From the NCBI GenBank assembly GCA_039024555.1, contig JBCCQQ010000027.1:12038-76037 (forward strand): 64,000 nucleotides of DNA, given 5' to 3'. The notes beneath the pieces are model-generated. The model did no database searches. It was not told the origin of the DNA and saw only the letters and a list, made by a program, of their open reading frames with translations. Every line of letters begins with the position of its first letter. Within the stretch, counting starts at the first letter, position 1. Below, one piece after another: positions 54,012 to 64,000 of the stretch. The position numbers were made by a program, and so were the translations under genes. This DNA is from Cyanobacteria bacterium P01_D01_bin.156 (GTDB lineage: Bacteria > Cyanobacteriota > Cyanobacteriia > Phormidesmidales > Phormidesmidaceae).

Positions 54012-54692
54012 ATGACCCCTGACAAACTCAACAAATTAGAAACTGATTTACGCGCTCCTGCTTTAAATGTACGCATTGCTGCATTGAATAACTTGGCAGG
54101 CCAGCCGGCCATCGTAGCAGTCCCTATTTTGCAGCGTTTGTCTCAGGAATCTTCTTTTCTACTTCGCCGTTTAGCGGTGATGGGGTTAGGTAATCAGGCA
54201 CCAGATACGACTGCCCTGAATACCTTAAAAACGTTTTTGGATGCTGAAACCGATAGTAATGTGATGGCAGAGGTCGCCAACTCTCTCTATGAATTTGGCG
54301 ACCTCTCTATTCCATTGCTAGAGCAGCTGTACGACAGCAACGATAACTGGCTGGTGCGACAAACAGTACTCTCTATTTTGCAAGAGACACAGCACTATGA
54401 TGTTTTATTGACAGTTGCCCTTAAAGCATTGGATGACCCTACACAGACAGTTAAAGAAACAGCTATTTTGTCACTTCGTCAGGTGTTAACATCGCCATTA
54501 CAACCGAAAGCATTAGATGCACTAACAAAATTAGCCCACAGCGAAATTTGGCGTGATCGCTGGCGGGCTGCGACAGCACTCACTGGCTGTAACCATCCCC
54601 AAGCAACCAAATTACTAGCAAACTTACGGACTGATGAAAACCATTATGTCGTCGCTGCTGCGCTGGATGCATCCATGGGCAATGGACTATAG
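54012..54692 (+). CDS. HEAT-repeat (PBS lyase-like) protein
   Basis: Repeated helices RIAAL.., RRLAVMGLG, VMAEVANSL, RWRAATAL. Confidence 0.8.
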   Translation: MTPDKLNKLETDLRAPALNVRIAALNNLAGQPAIVAVPILQRLSQESSFLLRRLAVMGLGNQAPDTTALNTLKTFLDAETDSNVMAEVANSLYEFGDLSIPLLEQLYDSNDNWLVRQTVLSILQETQHYDVLLTVALKALDDPTQTVKETAILSLRQVLTSPLQPKALDALTKLAHSEIWRDRWRAATALTGCNHPQATKLLANLRTDENHYVVAAALDASMGNGL

Positions 54693-54781
54693 ACGACGTT
54701 TGTTTGGGTAGTAATGGTGGAATATGTTTCGTAGGGGGCTTGAGTACCACTCCCTACAAAACATATTTATCAAAATTTTCC

Positions 54782-55633
54782 ATGACCACCCCACGCGAAA
54801 TTTTAGAGGCCCTATTACCTCACCTCAAGGTAGCCGCAGGCTATGCCCGGAAAATTCAAACCAGCATTTCGGCCCATCCTGACAAATTTGATTCGGATAA
54901 CTTTTTTGCAACAGCGTTAACCGACGCAGATCTCTCAATTCAGACTTTTATCGAAGTCACTCTGCTATATCTATTTCCCAACATTCGTTTTTACGGTGAA
55001 GAGTTTGAAAAAACCTACAACACCAAATACTTTCGTTCTATTGAGCTTGGTCCCCAGGACGACTATTTAGTCACCTTAGACCCCATTGATGGCACCCGCT
55101 TCTACATGGATGGTCATCCAAATTATCAAATTATCCTGACTGTATTGAATGCTGATGGTTTTGAGGCGGTTATCGCCCTCAGCCCAGCCCTTGACCGGTT
55201 CTATTACAGTCTACGAGGCCAAGGCACATTTTATGGTTCTCTATCTGACGATCTGGATAGCTGTCAGCCCCTCAAAATAGAAACTCCTAAGGATCAGGTA
55301 CTGCTTAGTTGGGCACTGACCCATCTGGCAGACAACCTCAAGGGTCAGTTTGAAGCCATCAGCGTTAAAGCAGACTATTCTCGCGAAGTGGCGATTCCTA
55401 ACACCAATGGTCTGTTGACAGGCGACCTTACTGGCGCAATCTTAGCAGCAGGCCAGTTTATTGATGGTGGTGCTCTAAGTTGGATGGCGCAGGAAATGGG
55501 CTATATCATCACAGACCATCAAGGCAATCCATTGCCCCCGCTCAGTGCTTGTCAGAACTACAAATGGCCAGGCATCGTTGTGGGTTCCACGCCAGAGATT
55601 CATCAGAAATTATTGGCAGCCTTGGCACAGTAA
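54782..55633 (+). CDS. Inositol monophosphatase family protein
   Basis: TDAD, YGEE, LDPIDGT; ATG 54782 preferred. Confidence 0.85.
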   Translation: MTTPREILEALLPHLKVAAGYARKIQTSISAHPDKFDSDNFFATALTDADLSIQTFIEVTLLYLFPNIRFYGEEFEKTYNTKYFRSIELGPQDDYLVTLDPIDGTRFYMDGHPNYQIILTVLNADGFEAVIALSPALDRFYYSLRGQGTFYGSLSDDLDSCQPLKIETPKDQVLLSWALTHLADNLKGQFEAISVKADYSREVAIPNTNGLLTGDLTGAILAAGQFIDGGALSWMAQEMGYIITDHQGNPLPPLSACQNYKWPGIVVGSTPEIHQKLLAALAQ

Positions 55634-55695
55634 ACCGTTCCCCCTGCTATTTCCATAGTTGAATACAAATCTGGCAGGAGATATTCAAAATCTGC

Positions 55696-55723
55696 AAAAA
55701 AAAAGGATAGCCGATGGCTATCC
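55696..55723 (-). terminator. Intrinsic terminator
   Basis: GGATAGCC / GGCTATCC stem with A9 on plus strand (U tract on minus). Confidence 0.75.
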
Positions 55724-55767
55724 CCCTGGAATCGCGATTTAACTAGAGATAAACGTTTGGGTCTAGC

Positions 55768-56169
55768 CTACTGACTAGGTAATGAGCTTAGGGACTCTTG
55801 CTGAGAATAGATCCGGGCTGTACATCCTTCTGGATGTTCGCAGTTGGGCATAAATACTTCCAACAAAAAGTCGCCATCGTAGGGGGCCGATAACGTAGGG
55901 GCAATATCGAGGTCCGTATCTTGAGAGAGCAGGTTACCGTCGATATCGTAAAGGTATAAGTCTAAATCCAAGCAATGTTTACTACAGGAGGCTGTAATTG
56001 TTTCACCGTTTGTGAAATGTTGCTGAATTAGCTCTGACTCACCATGGGCTAGATGCAAATCTACCCCCTGAGCCTTAACAGGGGAAAGCATTATGAGCGT
56101 TGTTAGGGATGCAAATGCAGCCAAGTGTAAACCGTTCATAGGCGTATCTAGCCCCTTAAAATTACGCAA
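55768..56169 (-). CDS. Small secreted Cys-containing protein (PPC-like)
   Basis: Signal peptide, CSKHCLDLDLYLYD.DG.LL.QD, C-terminal Cys pair. Confidence 0.65.
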   Translation of the reverse strand: MRNFKGLDTPMNGLHLAAFASLTTLIMLSPVKAQGVDLHLAHGESELIQQHFTNGETITASCSKHCLDLDLYLYDIDGNLLSQDTDLDIAPTLSAPYDGDFLLEVFMPNCEHPEGCTARIYSQQESLSSLPSQ

Positions 56170-56345
56170 CTCTATAGTTCCCTATGAACCTGCTCAATCT
56201 TGTGGTGAAATATGCGTAATCTTGGTATAAATTATTGCACTACTAGTTTTATCAGACGTTTTTTCGAGAAAACCTCAGTTCTTATAAGTATGAATAGATT
56301 TCCGTCTGCGCAGACTCAGTAAAAGTTAGTAATTCTTGCGTAAAA

Positions 56346-57341
56346 TCACTGAGTCTGAAAAATGTTTTGAACCATTTTTTTATCCGAGTTGGCCGCTGCT
56401 CGGTCTAATTCCTCAACTTCTGCAATGTTGAGACGCCATCCCAAGGATCCTATATTCTGTTGGGCCTGCTCCAGATTTTTAGCACCTGGGATAGGAATCA
56501 CACCTTTGCAAATACACCAATTGAGGGCGGTCTGAGCCATCGTTTTATTGCGTTCGGCAGCTACTTCCTTCAGACAGTCCAATAAAGGTTGAATTCCTGG
56601 CAGTAACTGACGAAATAAAAGACCGCGTATCCCCTTAGGTTTAGCGGTAGACTCGCCATATTTACCGGTCAAAAGACCGAGCCCCAGAGGACTGTAAGCA
56701 ATCATGTGAATTCCCAGCTCGTCACACACATCTTTGAGACCCAGCTCAGTGACTGGAAATGTTGATAGGAGAGAATACTGAACCTGCAATGAAACAATGG
56801 GCACACCTCGCTCTGCAAAACGTTTATGCACCCAGCGCAATCGTTTAGGGCCATAGTTGGACAGCCCCACACCCTTCACTAGCCCCTGTTCGTATAGATC
56901 CGCCAACCCATCAAGTAGGGGACCTTCTTGCCACGGAAAATAATTAGCCGTGGACCAATGCATTTGGGCAATATCCAGTCGGCCCATACGTTGTTTAGAG
57001 GCTCGACCAGCATTAACCATCATGCCTCGGGTCAAGCGCCAGGGATAGGCAGCAAGTTTAGTCGCTAGACAAATGCTGTCTTTGTTATGGCCCTGATATG
57101 CCTGACAAAATTTACCCAGTAACTTTTCACTTTGACCATTCAGTTTTCCGGTACCGTAGGAATCACCAGTGTCGAATAGGGTCACGCCACGATCGACACA
57201 GTAATTAAAAACTTGCTGGAGACCAGCATTCATACTTTCGTCGTAACCCCAGAGCAACCGATTACCCCAGGCCCAGGTACCACAGCCCATTTCAGGAAGA
57301 GTGATGGTGTTTGTAGAGCTGGTCTCAGTCGTAACAGTCAT
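56346..57341 (-). CDS. Aldo/keto reductase
   Basis: GCGTWAWG, FDTGDSYG, GLSNYG, AYSPLGLG, IPIPGAK. Confidence 0.92.
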   Translation of the reverse strand: MTVTTETSSTNTITLPEMGCGTWAWGNRLLWGYDESMNAGLQQVFNYCVDRGVTLFDTGDSYGTGKLNGQSEKLLGKFCQAYQGHNKDSICLATKLAAYPWRLTRGMMVNAGRASKQRMGRLDIAQMHWSTANYFPWQEGPLLDGLADLYEQGLVKGVGLSNYGPKRLRWVHKRFAERGVPIVSLQVQYSLLSTFPVTELGLKDVCDELGIHMIAYSPLGLGLLTGKYGESTAKPKGIRGLLFRQLLPGIQPLLDCLKEVAAERNKTMAQTALNWCICKGVIPIPGAKNLEQAQQNIGSLGWRLNIAEVEELDRAAANSDKKMVQNIFQTQ

Positions 57342-57667
57342 GGAAGCGGTGAAAAAAATAAGTAAGGATGCCTTGCAGATTGGCTCTTTGACCAAATCTG
57401 CAGGACACATTAATAAGCCAGGTACAGCAAGCCAGCGTAGCTGCCATACGTTAAACCTATCGGGTTGCCATAAACCCTGGCAAGAGATTAATTGTCCAAG
57501 GTGATAGCTCTTGAAGCTTTTCTACAGGTACAAACTAGGGCAAATGCAATTTTAAAATATGCCAGTTATTACTCCGTAATCACCGCCACTGTATCTAGGT
57601 TTGTTGAACTTTCTTCAAAAAATCTAGGCTAGACTACCTAGAAAGCTACTTGTTGGATTAATCGGTT

Positions 57668-58585
57668 GTGAAATCTTTTTGGTTTTTAGGCTGCTGCAGC
57701 GCATTATTGGTGATTGGTGCTGGTTTGGGACACAGTCATTTGTTTAAGGCTGGACCTGGAGATACAGCTGATGCGATCGCACAAACCCAAGCACCATTAG
57801 CAGCCACACAGGAACCATCCCATCAAACCATCCTAGACACGTTGACCCAGGCAGACGTGATTTATCTAGGAGAAACTCACACAGATCCAGCCGACCACGC
57901 AGCCCAGCTAGAAATCATTACAGCCATGTACCAGGACCGTAATGATATTGCTATTGGTCTAGAAATGTTCCAACGGCCATTCCAGTCCGTATTAGACCAG
58001 TACATTGCAGGCGAAATTACAGAATCGGAGCTGGTGAAAAAAAGTGAATATGAAACTCGTTGGGGATTTGACTGGGAACTCTATGCACCGATCATTCGCT
58101 ACGCTCAGAGTAATCAAATTCCGTTGATTGCCCTCAATACCCCGAGGGAAATCACCAAAAAAGTTGCCAGAGAAGGGCTGGCTAGCCTGAGTGGAGACGA
58201 TTTAAAGTACATCCCACCCATCAATGACATCGATACCAGCGATGAAAACTACCAGGCCATGGTAGCTCAGGTCTTTAGCCACCATGGTGGCCACGGGCAC
58301 AGTGGTCCTAGCTTCGAAAACTTTTTTGCAGCTCAGGTACTTTGGGATGAAACGATGGCTGAATCTGTAGCTGACTACGTCACGGCCTCTCCAGATACCC
58401 AGGTGATCGTGCTAGCAGGTGAAGGCCATATCGTTTTTGATTTTGGTATTCCTAATCGTGTGGAACGTCGCCTAGGTGAAGACTTAGTCGCCTATAGCGT
58501 TTTGCTCAATCCAACGTCAACAGCTCCTGAACTAGCCGACTTTTTCTGGATCTCTGAGCCAACCGAGACCGCAACAGCAAAGTAA
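57668..58585 (+). CDS. ChaN family (haem-uptake/TIKI-like) protein
   Basis: IYLGETH, GLEMFQ, QVLWDETMA, AGEGH. Confidence 0.85.
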   Translation: MKSFWFLGCCSALLVIGAGLGHSHLFKAGPGDTADAIAQTQAPLAATQEPSHQTILDTLTQADVIYLGETHTDPADHAAQLEIITAMYQDRNDIAIGLEMFQRPFQSVLDQYIAGEITESELVKKSEYETRWGFDWELYAPIIRYAQSNQIPLIALNTPREITKKVAREGLASLSGDDLKYIPPINDIDTSDENYQAMVAQVFSHHGGHGHSGPSFENFFAAQVLWDETMAESVADYVTASPDTQVIVLAGEGHIVFDFGIPNRVERRLGEDLVAYSVLLNPTSTAPELADFFWISEPTETATAK

Positions 58586-58601
58586 CCACTTCAAAGGCGA
58601 A

Positions 58602-60023
58602 CTAAAAATCAGCTTCCTGAATGGGAATAAAGTCAAATCCAAAACCTGACCGATTGCCCGATTGAATTTCCACCAGTTGAGATGCCTGATTACGATCACC
58701 GGAAGGGAGGAAATAGACATCTCCAGTGGCTCCTTGGGCTGAAAAATTAGTCTCATGCATGATGTTGCGCACACCTTCTCGGCTAGGGTCCTCCTGCAGA
58801 GCTAAGCTGAGTGCTGCGATCGCATCATAGGCCATGGCACTACGCCAACTGACATCTCCCCCCCAAATTTGTCGTGCATCTTCTACAAACTCAGAATCAG
58901 GATCCGACAGCACATGCCAAGGAACTGCGACCACTAGTCCCTCAGCGTCAGCGCCTCCATTTTCTAATACCTGGGGATGATATAAATCATCGCCTCCAAG
59001 CAAAGAGATTTCCTGATCAACAGCAGCCATCACGGCCAACGAAGGCTCTAATGTATCGGTGCTAGCTGCCAGCATAACCACGTCTACCGCTTGTTCTTTA
59101 GCCGCTGCAATCTGCTCTTCAGCATTAAATTCCGTCGCATCGGCGAGATCGTATTCAGTCAGAACTTCGCCGCCATCGCTAAAGACAGATGTTGTAAATT
59201 CACTTTTTAGAGAAAGACTGTAGGCACTGTTGGAATCATAATAAACAATCGCCTTTTGCGCATTTAACCCATCAAGCATATGGCGAGCCAAGGCAGCAGC
59301 AGCAAAGCTATCGCTTGGTACGGTGCGAAATACGTAGGGACTAAACCCAGAAAGCTCTACTGAAGTACTAATGGCAGACACCATCGGTAGCTTGCCTGCG
59401 TTATATACAGGGGCAGCTTGGAGGGTGACACCACTGCTGTAATGCCCTAATACGCCTAATACGTCCGATCGTTTTACCAGCTCAGAGGCCACGGCCTTCG
59501 CAATATCAGGGTCATTCTCATCGTTGGCAATGAGAATCTTGATGGGGGCTTCAATATTCTCATTCAATTGATTGAAGGTGTACTGGGCTTGACCAGCTCC
59601 CCGCAAAATTTCTAAGCCAATTTCGCTCGTGCTGCCGACTGGTGCAATTACAGCCAAGGTGTGAGCAGTTTCTTTACCAATGCGCGCGTTATTCAAATAA
59701 ATAAAAGTCTCAGGGTCATTACGATTGTTTTCAAGCGCAGCCTCTAAAGATGCGATCGCTTGGTCATAATTCCCTTCAGCATAAGCTGCTATCCCCTGCA
59801 GCTTTAAGTCAGAAGGGTTAGGCAACAGACTTTGGGTTCCTTCGCTCAATCTTTGAGCGAGAGACACCTCAGCAGTCACATTTTCTAAATTAGAATTTTC
59901 TCGAGTGGAGACGTTACGAGTTGGTACTGTCAGCACACCAGAAAGAGTAACAAAGAAAATACCTAAAATACCCAGTGTAGATAAGGCAAAGAGTATTTCA
60001 AATTTATATTTAGAGATTCGCAT
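58602..60023 (-). CDS. Membrane-anchored LivJ-type substrate-binding/receptor protein
   Basis: N-terminal TM, TPR-like NDPETFIYLNNA, VLGHYSS, VFRTVPSD, AMAYDA, GATG. Confidence 0.85.
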   Translation of the reverse strand: MRISKYKFEILFALSTLGILGIFFVTLSGVLTVPTRNVSTRENSNLENVTAEVSLAQRLSEGTQSLLPNPSDLKLQGIAAYAEGNYDQAIASLEAALENNRNDPETFIYLNNARIGKETAHTLAVIAPVGSTSEIGLEILRGAGQAQYTFNQLNENIEAPIKILIANDENDPDIAKAVASELVKRSDVLGVLGHYSSGVTLQAAPVYNAGKLPMVSAISTSVELSGFSPYVFRTVPSDSFAAAALARHMLDGLNAQKAIVYYDSNSAYSLSLKSEFTTSVFSDGGEVLTEYDLADATEFNAEEQIAAAKEQAVDVVMLAASTDTLEPSLAVMAAVDQEISLLGGDDLYHPQVLENGGADAEGLVVAVPWHVLSDPDSEFVEDARQIWGGDVSWRSAMAYDAIAALSLALQEDPSREGVRNIMHETNFSAQGATGDVYFLPSGDRNQASQLVEIQSGNRSGFGFDFIPIQEADF

Positions 60024-60369
60024 AGCTCAAACAAAAGCATAGTGTTTATCGCACTAAGTCTCCCCATAAAGCCCACCTCAGCAGTCAGAGAGACTTAATC
60101 CCATTAGATCTTTTGACCCTTAACAAGGCATATAGTTCTCACCAAGTATTCCCCACCTACAAAATAGAGTCATGATATGGAAAGTTAAACTCTCTAAGTA
60201 CGTGAAGTATGCACACGAGATAACTTCTGTAGAGTTATCAAGTTCGAGAATGCCCACTGTCTTGCAATTGAGTCCTGTATAGGCGATGTAACACCACAGT
60301 CTTCGCACAGGAACTCTTGAGAGAGCTCTGACTCATGACGATGTCCTGAGCTACGCAATATCTACAAAC

Positions 60370-60402
60370 AAAAAAGACTACTCCCGGAAGGCAGCAGTCT
60401 TT
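60370..60402 (-). terminator. Terminator after rplL
   Basis: AAAGACT / AGTCTTT stem with T tract on minus strand. Confidence 0.55.
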
Positions 60403-60484
60403 CTTGAGGGTGTGAAGGTGAACTGGTTATCTGTAAACCCCAAAAGCTATGGGACTAAAAGGACCAACCTCACTTAAGCAAAAT

Positions 60485-60874
60485 TTACTTAACAGAAACC
60501 TTGGCACCAGCTTCCTCAAGCTGCTTTTTAGCAGCTTCAGCATCGTCTTTGGAAACACCTTCTTTAATGGCTTTGGGGGCACCTTCAACCATAGCCTTAG
60601 CTTCCTTCAGACCCAAGCCTGTGAGAGCACGAACTGCCTTAAGAACGGCAATCTTGTTGCCACCAAATTCTTCAAGAACAACATCAAATTCAGTTTTCTC
60701 TTCAGCAGCTTCACCACCGCCACCACCAGCGCCAGGCGCAGCCATCATCACACCACCAACAGGTGCAGCAGCACTAACATCGAAAGTTTCTTCGATTTGC
60801 TTAACCAACTCAGAAGCCTCAAGAAGAGTAAGGGACTTCAGTTTTTCCAAAATTTCATCAGTTGCAGCAGACAT
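60485..60874 (-). CDS. rplL: 50S ribosomal protein L7/L12
   Basis: [24 protein letters not shown]. Confidence 0.99.
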   Translation of the reverse strand: MSAATDEILEKLKSLTLLEASELVKQIEETFDVSAAAPVGGVMMAAPGAGGGGGEAAEEKTEFDVVLEEFGGNKIAVLKAVRALTGLGLKEAKAMVEGAPKAIKEGVSKDDAEAAKKQLEEAGAKVSVK

Positions 60875-60929
60875 GGATTTCTCCTTGATTTATATGTAAT
60901 GAACGAACTAAAAACTGAGCACGAAAGAA

Positions 60930-61469
60930 CTACTCGTCGCCTGCGCCACCTTCTTTGTCGACGTAAGCTTGAAGACCACGGGCAATAGAGGAAGGTACTG
61001 CATTGATACCAACTGCCAGCTTCGTGGCCAGAGCATTGATACTGCCTGCAATCTTGGCGTATAGCTCTTCCTTACTAGGCAGATCAGCCAATGCTTCAGC
61101 CTCTGTTTTAGACAGAGCTTTGCCTTCAAGAACACCACCGCGAAGTTCAGACTTTTTAGTATCTTTCTGGAACTTCTTATATTCCTTAACGACACTTCCG
61201 ATGTCTTCTTTGGTGAGTAATAGTGCAGTCGTATCTTTCAGAAACTCCTGAACAGGCTGCCAATTCTCATCGTCTTGAACCGCAATCCGGATCAGAGTAT
61301 TCTTTGCAATCTTGCAAGTACCACCCTTTTCACGAATACGATTACGTAGGTCACTCATTTCAGCAACCGTCAGACCTTTGTAGTCAATAACAAAAATAGA
61401 TTGAGTATCACTCAAGAGATCCTTAAGCTCAGCAACAATCTCTTTTTTGTTTTCTAGGGTTCTCCCCAT
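60930..61469 (-). CDS. rplJ: 50S ribosomal protein L10
   Basis: DYKGLTVAE, KNTL, LPSKEEL. Confidence 0.98.
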   Translation of the reverse strand: MGRTLENKKEIVAELKDLLSDTQSIFVIDYKGLTVAEMSDLRNRIREKGGTCKIAKNTLIRIAVQDDENWQPVQEFLKDTTALLLTKEDIGSVVKEYKKFQKDTKKSELRGGVLEGKALSKTEAEALADLPSKEELYAKIAGSINALATKLAVGINAVPSSIARGLQAYVDKEGGAGDE

Positions 61470-61548
61470 GCGGATCTCACCTCCTTCAGTTCGGGGATAA
61501 ATTGAAAATACTATGGCCTCACATCACACTTCACTGACAGTACAAAAT

Positions 61549-61650
61549 CAAAAGGGCCTCAGCTAATACCGAGACCCCAAAATGCATGCTAATCGCATCC
61601 ACATTCTGCATCTCGGCAGGATATTAAGCACAATGCACCTGCTGTCTTTG
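61549..61650 (-). promoter_or_regulatory. L10 leader (rplJ autoregulatory RNA)
   Basis: Minus strand AAAGACAGCAGG...AATATCCTGCCGAG followed by a GGGTCTCGG/CTGAGGCCC-TTTT hairpin, between rplA and rplJ. Confidence 0.75.
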
Positions 61651-61721
61651 AATGCCTATTTAGTTAATGGGATGTTTCAGACGCAATATCTCCAAAGCTT
61701 TTAAGGCTGCCACAGCAGCAC

Positions 61722-62444
61722 CTACATCTGAGCGGCTTCTTCTAACTTCAGGTCACGAAGCGCACTGATATCTAACTTAATCGCAGGACCCATAGTAGCA
61801 GTTACTGACATAGTTCGCCAATAACGACCTTTTGCACCAGAGGGACGATTACGATCAATGGTTTCCTGGAGAGCCTTGAGGTTAACAAGTAAATCCTCAG
61901 CGGCAAAGTCAGCCTTGCCAAACATAACGTGCACAATACCTGCTTTATCAGCTCGGAATTCCAGCTTACCAGCTTTAAAGTCGCTAATAGCTTGTGCCAG
62001 GTCAAAGGTTACAGAACCACCCTTAGGGGATGGCATTAAACCACGGGGGCCTAGAACACGTCCCAACTTAGCTACCTTAGGCATCATGTCAGGTGTAGCA
62101 ATCAGGATGTCAAAATCCATCATGCCCTTCTGAATTTCATCAATCAGCTCTTCAGAGCCCGCCATATCAGCACCATTTTCAGTGGCTTCAGCTACCTTTT
62201 CACCACGGGCGATAACGGCAACTCGAACGGTCTGACCAGTGCCCTTGGGCAGGGCAACAGTGGTACGCAGCTGCTGGTCCGTATATTTCGGGTCGATTCC
62301 CAAGCGGATGTGGACCTCTGCTGTTTCATTAAATTTTGCAGTCGCTGTTTCCTTAAGCAACTGCATTGCCTCTAACGGTTCGTAGAGCTTATCGCCTACT
62401 TTTGTCTGCAGCTCTTTTAAGCGGCGTGACAGTTTCTTTGCCAT
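61722..62444 (-). CDS. rplA: 50S ribosomal protein L1
   Basis: [23 protein letters not shown]. Confidence 0.99.
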   Translation of the reverse strand: MAKKLSRRLKELQTKVGDKLYEPLEAMQLLKETATAKFNETAEVHIRLGIDPKYTDQQLRTTVALPKGTGQTVRVAVIARGEKVAEATENGADMAGSEELIDEIQKGMMDFDILIATPDMMPKVAKLGRVLGPRGLMPSPKGGSVTFDLAQAISDFKAGKLEFRADKAGIVHVMFGKADFAAEDLLVNLKALQETIDRNRPSGAKGRYWRTMSVTATMGPAIKLDISALRDLKLEEAAQM

Positions 62445-62525
62445 CTATTCTCCTTGGGGTAATAACGAAGAAAACCTTCTTCCCCACACGTTTTTTAATG
62501 TATACGAAAAAATTGAGTGCCGAAA

Positions 62526-62951
62526 TTATTCAGCGATGGTCACACCCATATTCCGGGCAGTACCTTCAATGATATTCATGGCTGCATCAACGTCATTGGC
62601 GTTGAGATCAGGCATTTTCATCTCAGCAATCTCTTTTAATTGAGCACGGGTGATAGAACCAACTTTAGTTTTGTTGGGCTCACCAGAACCCTTCTCAATT
62701 TTGGCCGCTTTTTTAATCAGCACAGAGGCTGGCGGTGTTTTGAGAATGAATGTAAAGCTTCTGTCTTCAAAAACAGAAATCTCAACCGGCACAATCAGTC
62801 CAGCTTTGTCAGAGGTCTTGGCGTTATATTCTTTGCAGAACGCCATAATGTTGACCCCGTGCTGACCCAAGGCAGGACCAATGGGCGGTGCAGGATTCGC
62901 TTTTCCAGCTGGGATTGCCAGCTTAATAAGGGCAACTACCTTCTTCGCCAT
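62526..62951 (-). CDS. rplK: 50S ribosomal protein L11
   Basis: [31 protein letters not shown]. Confidence 0.99.
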   Translation of the reverse strand: MAKKVVALIKLAIPAGKANPAPPIGPALGQHGVNIMAFCKEYNAKTSDKAGLIVPVEISVFEDRSFTFILKTPPASVLIKKAAKIEKGSGEPNKTKVGSITRAQLKEIAEMKMPDLNANDVDAAMNIIEGTARNMGVTIAE

Positions 62952-62954
62952 TGA

Positions 62955-63593
62955 TTAACTCTCTTTTTGCACTTGGTTAAATTCCAGCTCAACGGGGGTA
63001 TCGCGACCGAAAATCGACAGTAATGCCTTGAGCTTGCTGCGCTCAGGGCTCACTTCAATGACTTCACCACTAAAGTCCTTAAACGGACCAGACAGCACCA
63101 AAATCTTGTCTCCTTCAGCCATATCAACTTTGACTACAGGAGCCTGTTCTTGGGTCTGCTTAAAGATTCGTTCGACCTCAGCCCGACTCAGAGGCATGGG
63201 TTTAACATGACCTCGCCCACGTCCAGTGGCACGACGCTGTTCAGCGCCGACAAAGTTAATGACATGGGGGGTGTTTTTAACGACCTGCCAAACGTCATCC
63301 TCTAAAATCATGCGGATGAGTACGTATCCAGGAAAAACCTTTTCCTCGATATTCTGACGACTACCGTCTTTACGCAGCTTAACTGCAGGAGTTTGCGGTA
63401 TTTCAATCTGAAATATGTACTGATTGACTCCTAGAGTAATAGCCCGCTGCTCAAGATTGAGCTTAACGCGCTTTTCACACCCGGAGGCTACCTGCACTGC
63501 ATACCAGCGAGACTGAGACTTTTTCGGTTCTTCAGCAACACCGGGATTATCAACATCAATTGCAGAATTTGAATCGTCAGAAGCGTAAGTCAT
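62955..63593 (-). CDS. nusG: Transcription termination/antitermination factor NusG
   Basis: WYAVQVASGCE, FPGYVL, GPFKDF, IFGRDTPVEL. Confidence 0.98.
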   Translation of the reverse strand: MTYASDDSNSAIDVDNPGVAEEPKKSQSRWYAVQVASGCEKRVKLNLEQRAITLGVNQYIFQIEIPQTPAVKLRKDGSRQNIEEKVFPGYVLIRMILEDDVWQVVKNTPHVINFVGAEQRRATGRGRGHVKPMPLSRAEVERIFKQTQEQAPVVKVDMAEGDKILVLSGPFKDFSGEVIEVSPERSKLKALLSIFGRDTPVELEFNQVQKES

Positions 63594-63829
63594 TAGAACA
63601 CCTGCCTAGAAGCCCAACCAAATAGTTTATCCACTAAGTAAATAAGCGTTGCAGACATGCCCACCATAAAAATGACAGCTGCAGACTCACTGAGCAACTG
63701 CTGCCTGGAGGGCCAAACTACCTTACTTAACTCTTCGCGAGTGCCTTTAACAAAAGACCCTGCGTCAAACGAGTCAGAGGATTCGCTTGGCTGCTTTTCA
63801 ACTACTTTCTTAGCGTCCTTTTTGACCAC
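63593..63829 (-). CDS. secE: Preprotein translocase subunit SecE
   Basis: EELSKVVWPSR then TM helix; GTG 63829 preferred; TAATG overlap with nusG. Confidence 0.95.
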   Translation of the reverse strand: MVKKDAKKVVEKQPSESSDSFDAGSFVKGTREELSKVVWPSRQQLLSESAAVIFMVGMSATLIYLVDKLFGWASRQVF

Positions 63830-64000
63830 GTCATTAGCTTCCTTGTTTGCTACATCGAGTCTGGTCGATGTATCCATCAACCTAGAGCCATCCAAACAAA
63901 AGTTCTACCTAAAGCATATTGCTTAAAAGAAGAATGAAAGCTTCCTTTAAACAATAAATGTAGATGCTTTAGGCAGAACTTATGCTAATCGCTCAGCGCG

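Larger units (their letters stand above)
3116..59759. repeat. Dispersed HIP1 octamer GCGATCGC
   Basis: About 23 copies found by eye (e.g. 3116, 13523, 14163, 23593, 33931, 42362, 42653, 57773, 59752) versus about 1 expected by chance. Confidence 0.9.

Noticed and set aside
60449..60988. Long antisense ORFs over rplL (also over ftsH, chlH, dnaK, rplK)
   Set aside because: Shadow frames of highly expressed, codon-biased genes.
63997..64000. Possible 3' end of tRNA-Trp, which often precedes secE
   Set aside because: Only 4 compatible bases (CGCG) lie inside the window; not callable.

Overview
Chromosomal segment of a cyanobacterium. Evidence: petB/petD, psaE, psbO, ndhO, chlH, hli, ctpA and sigF, plus strong over-representation of the HIP1 octamer GCGATCGC. 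Gene content and an HglK-like gene suggest a filamentous Leptolyngbya-like lineage (inference). Most of the window is core housekeeping and photosynthesis genes (truB, ftsH, tsaB, lipA, mdh, mutM, dnaK, ald, secE-nusG-rplK-rplA-rplJ-rplL) plus a small glycosyltransferase cluster. Notable exceptions: (1) an AT-rich ~3.1 kb islet (about 9360-12510) carrying a membrane-anchor-less NfeD-like OB-fold gene divergent from an HTH-NACHT (NLR-like STAND) gene, with an imperfect direct repeat at its edges, the best candidate for an undescribed system; (2) a cNMP-EAL gene split by a single in-frame TAA; (3) a PilP-like lipoprotein directly behind sigF; (4) a perfect 42-bp palindrome upstream of chlH. No rRNA, complete tRNA, CRISPR array or transposase was seen. 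All product calls come from motif recognition by eye, not database searches.
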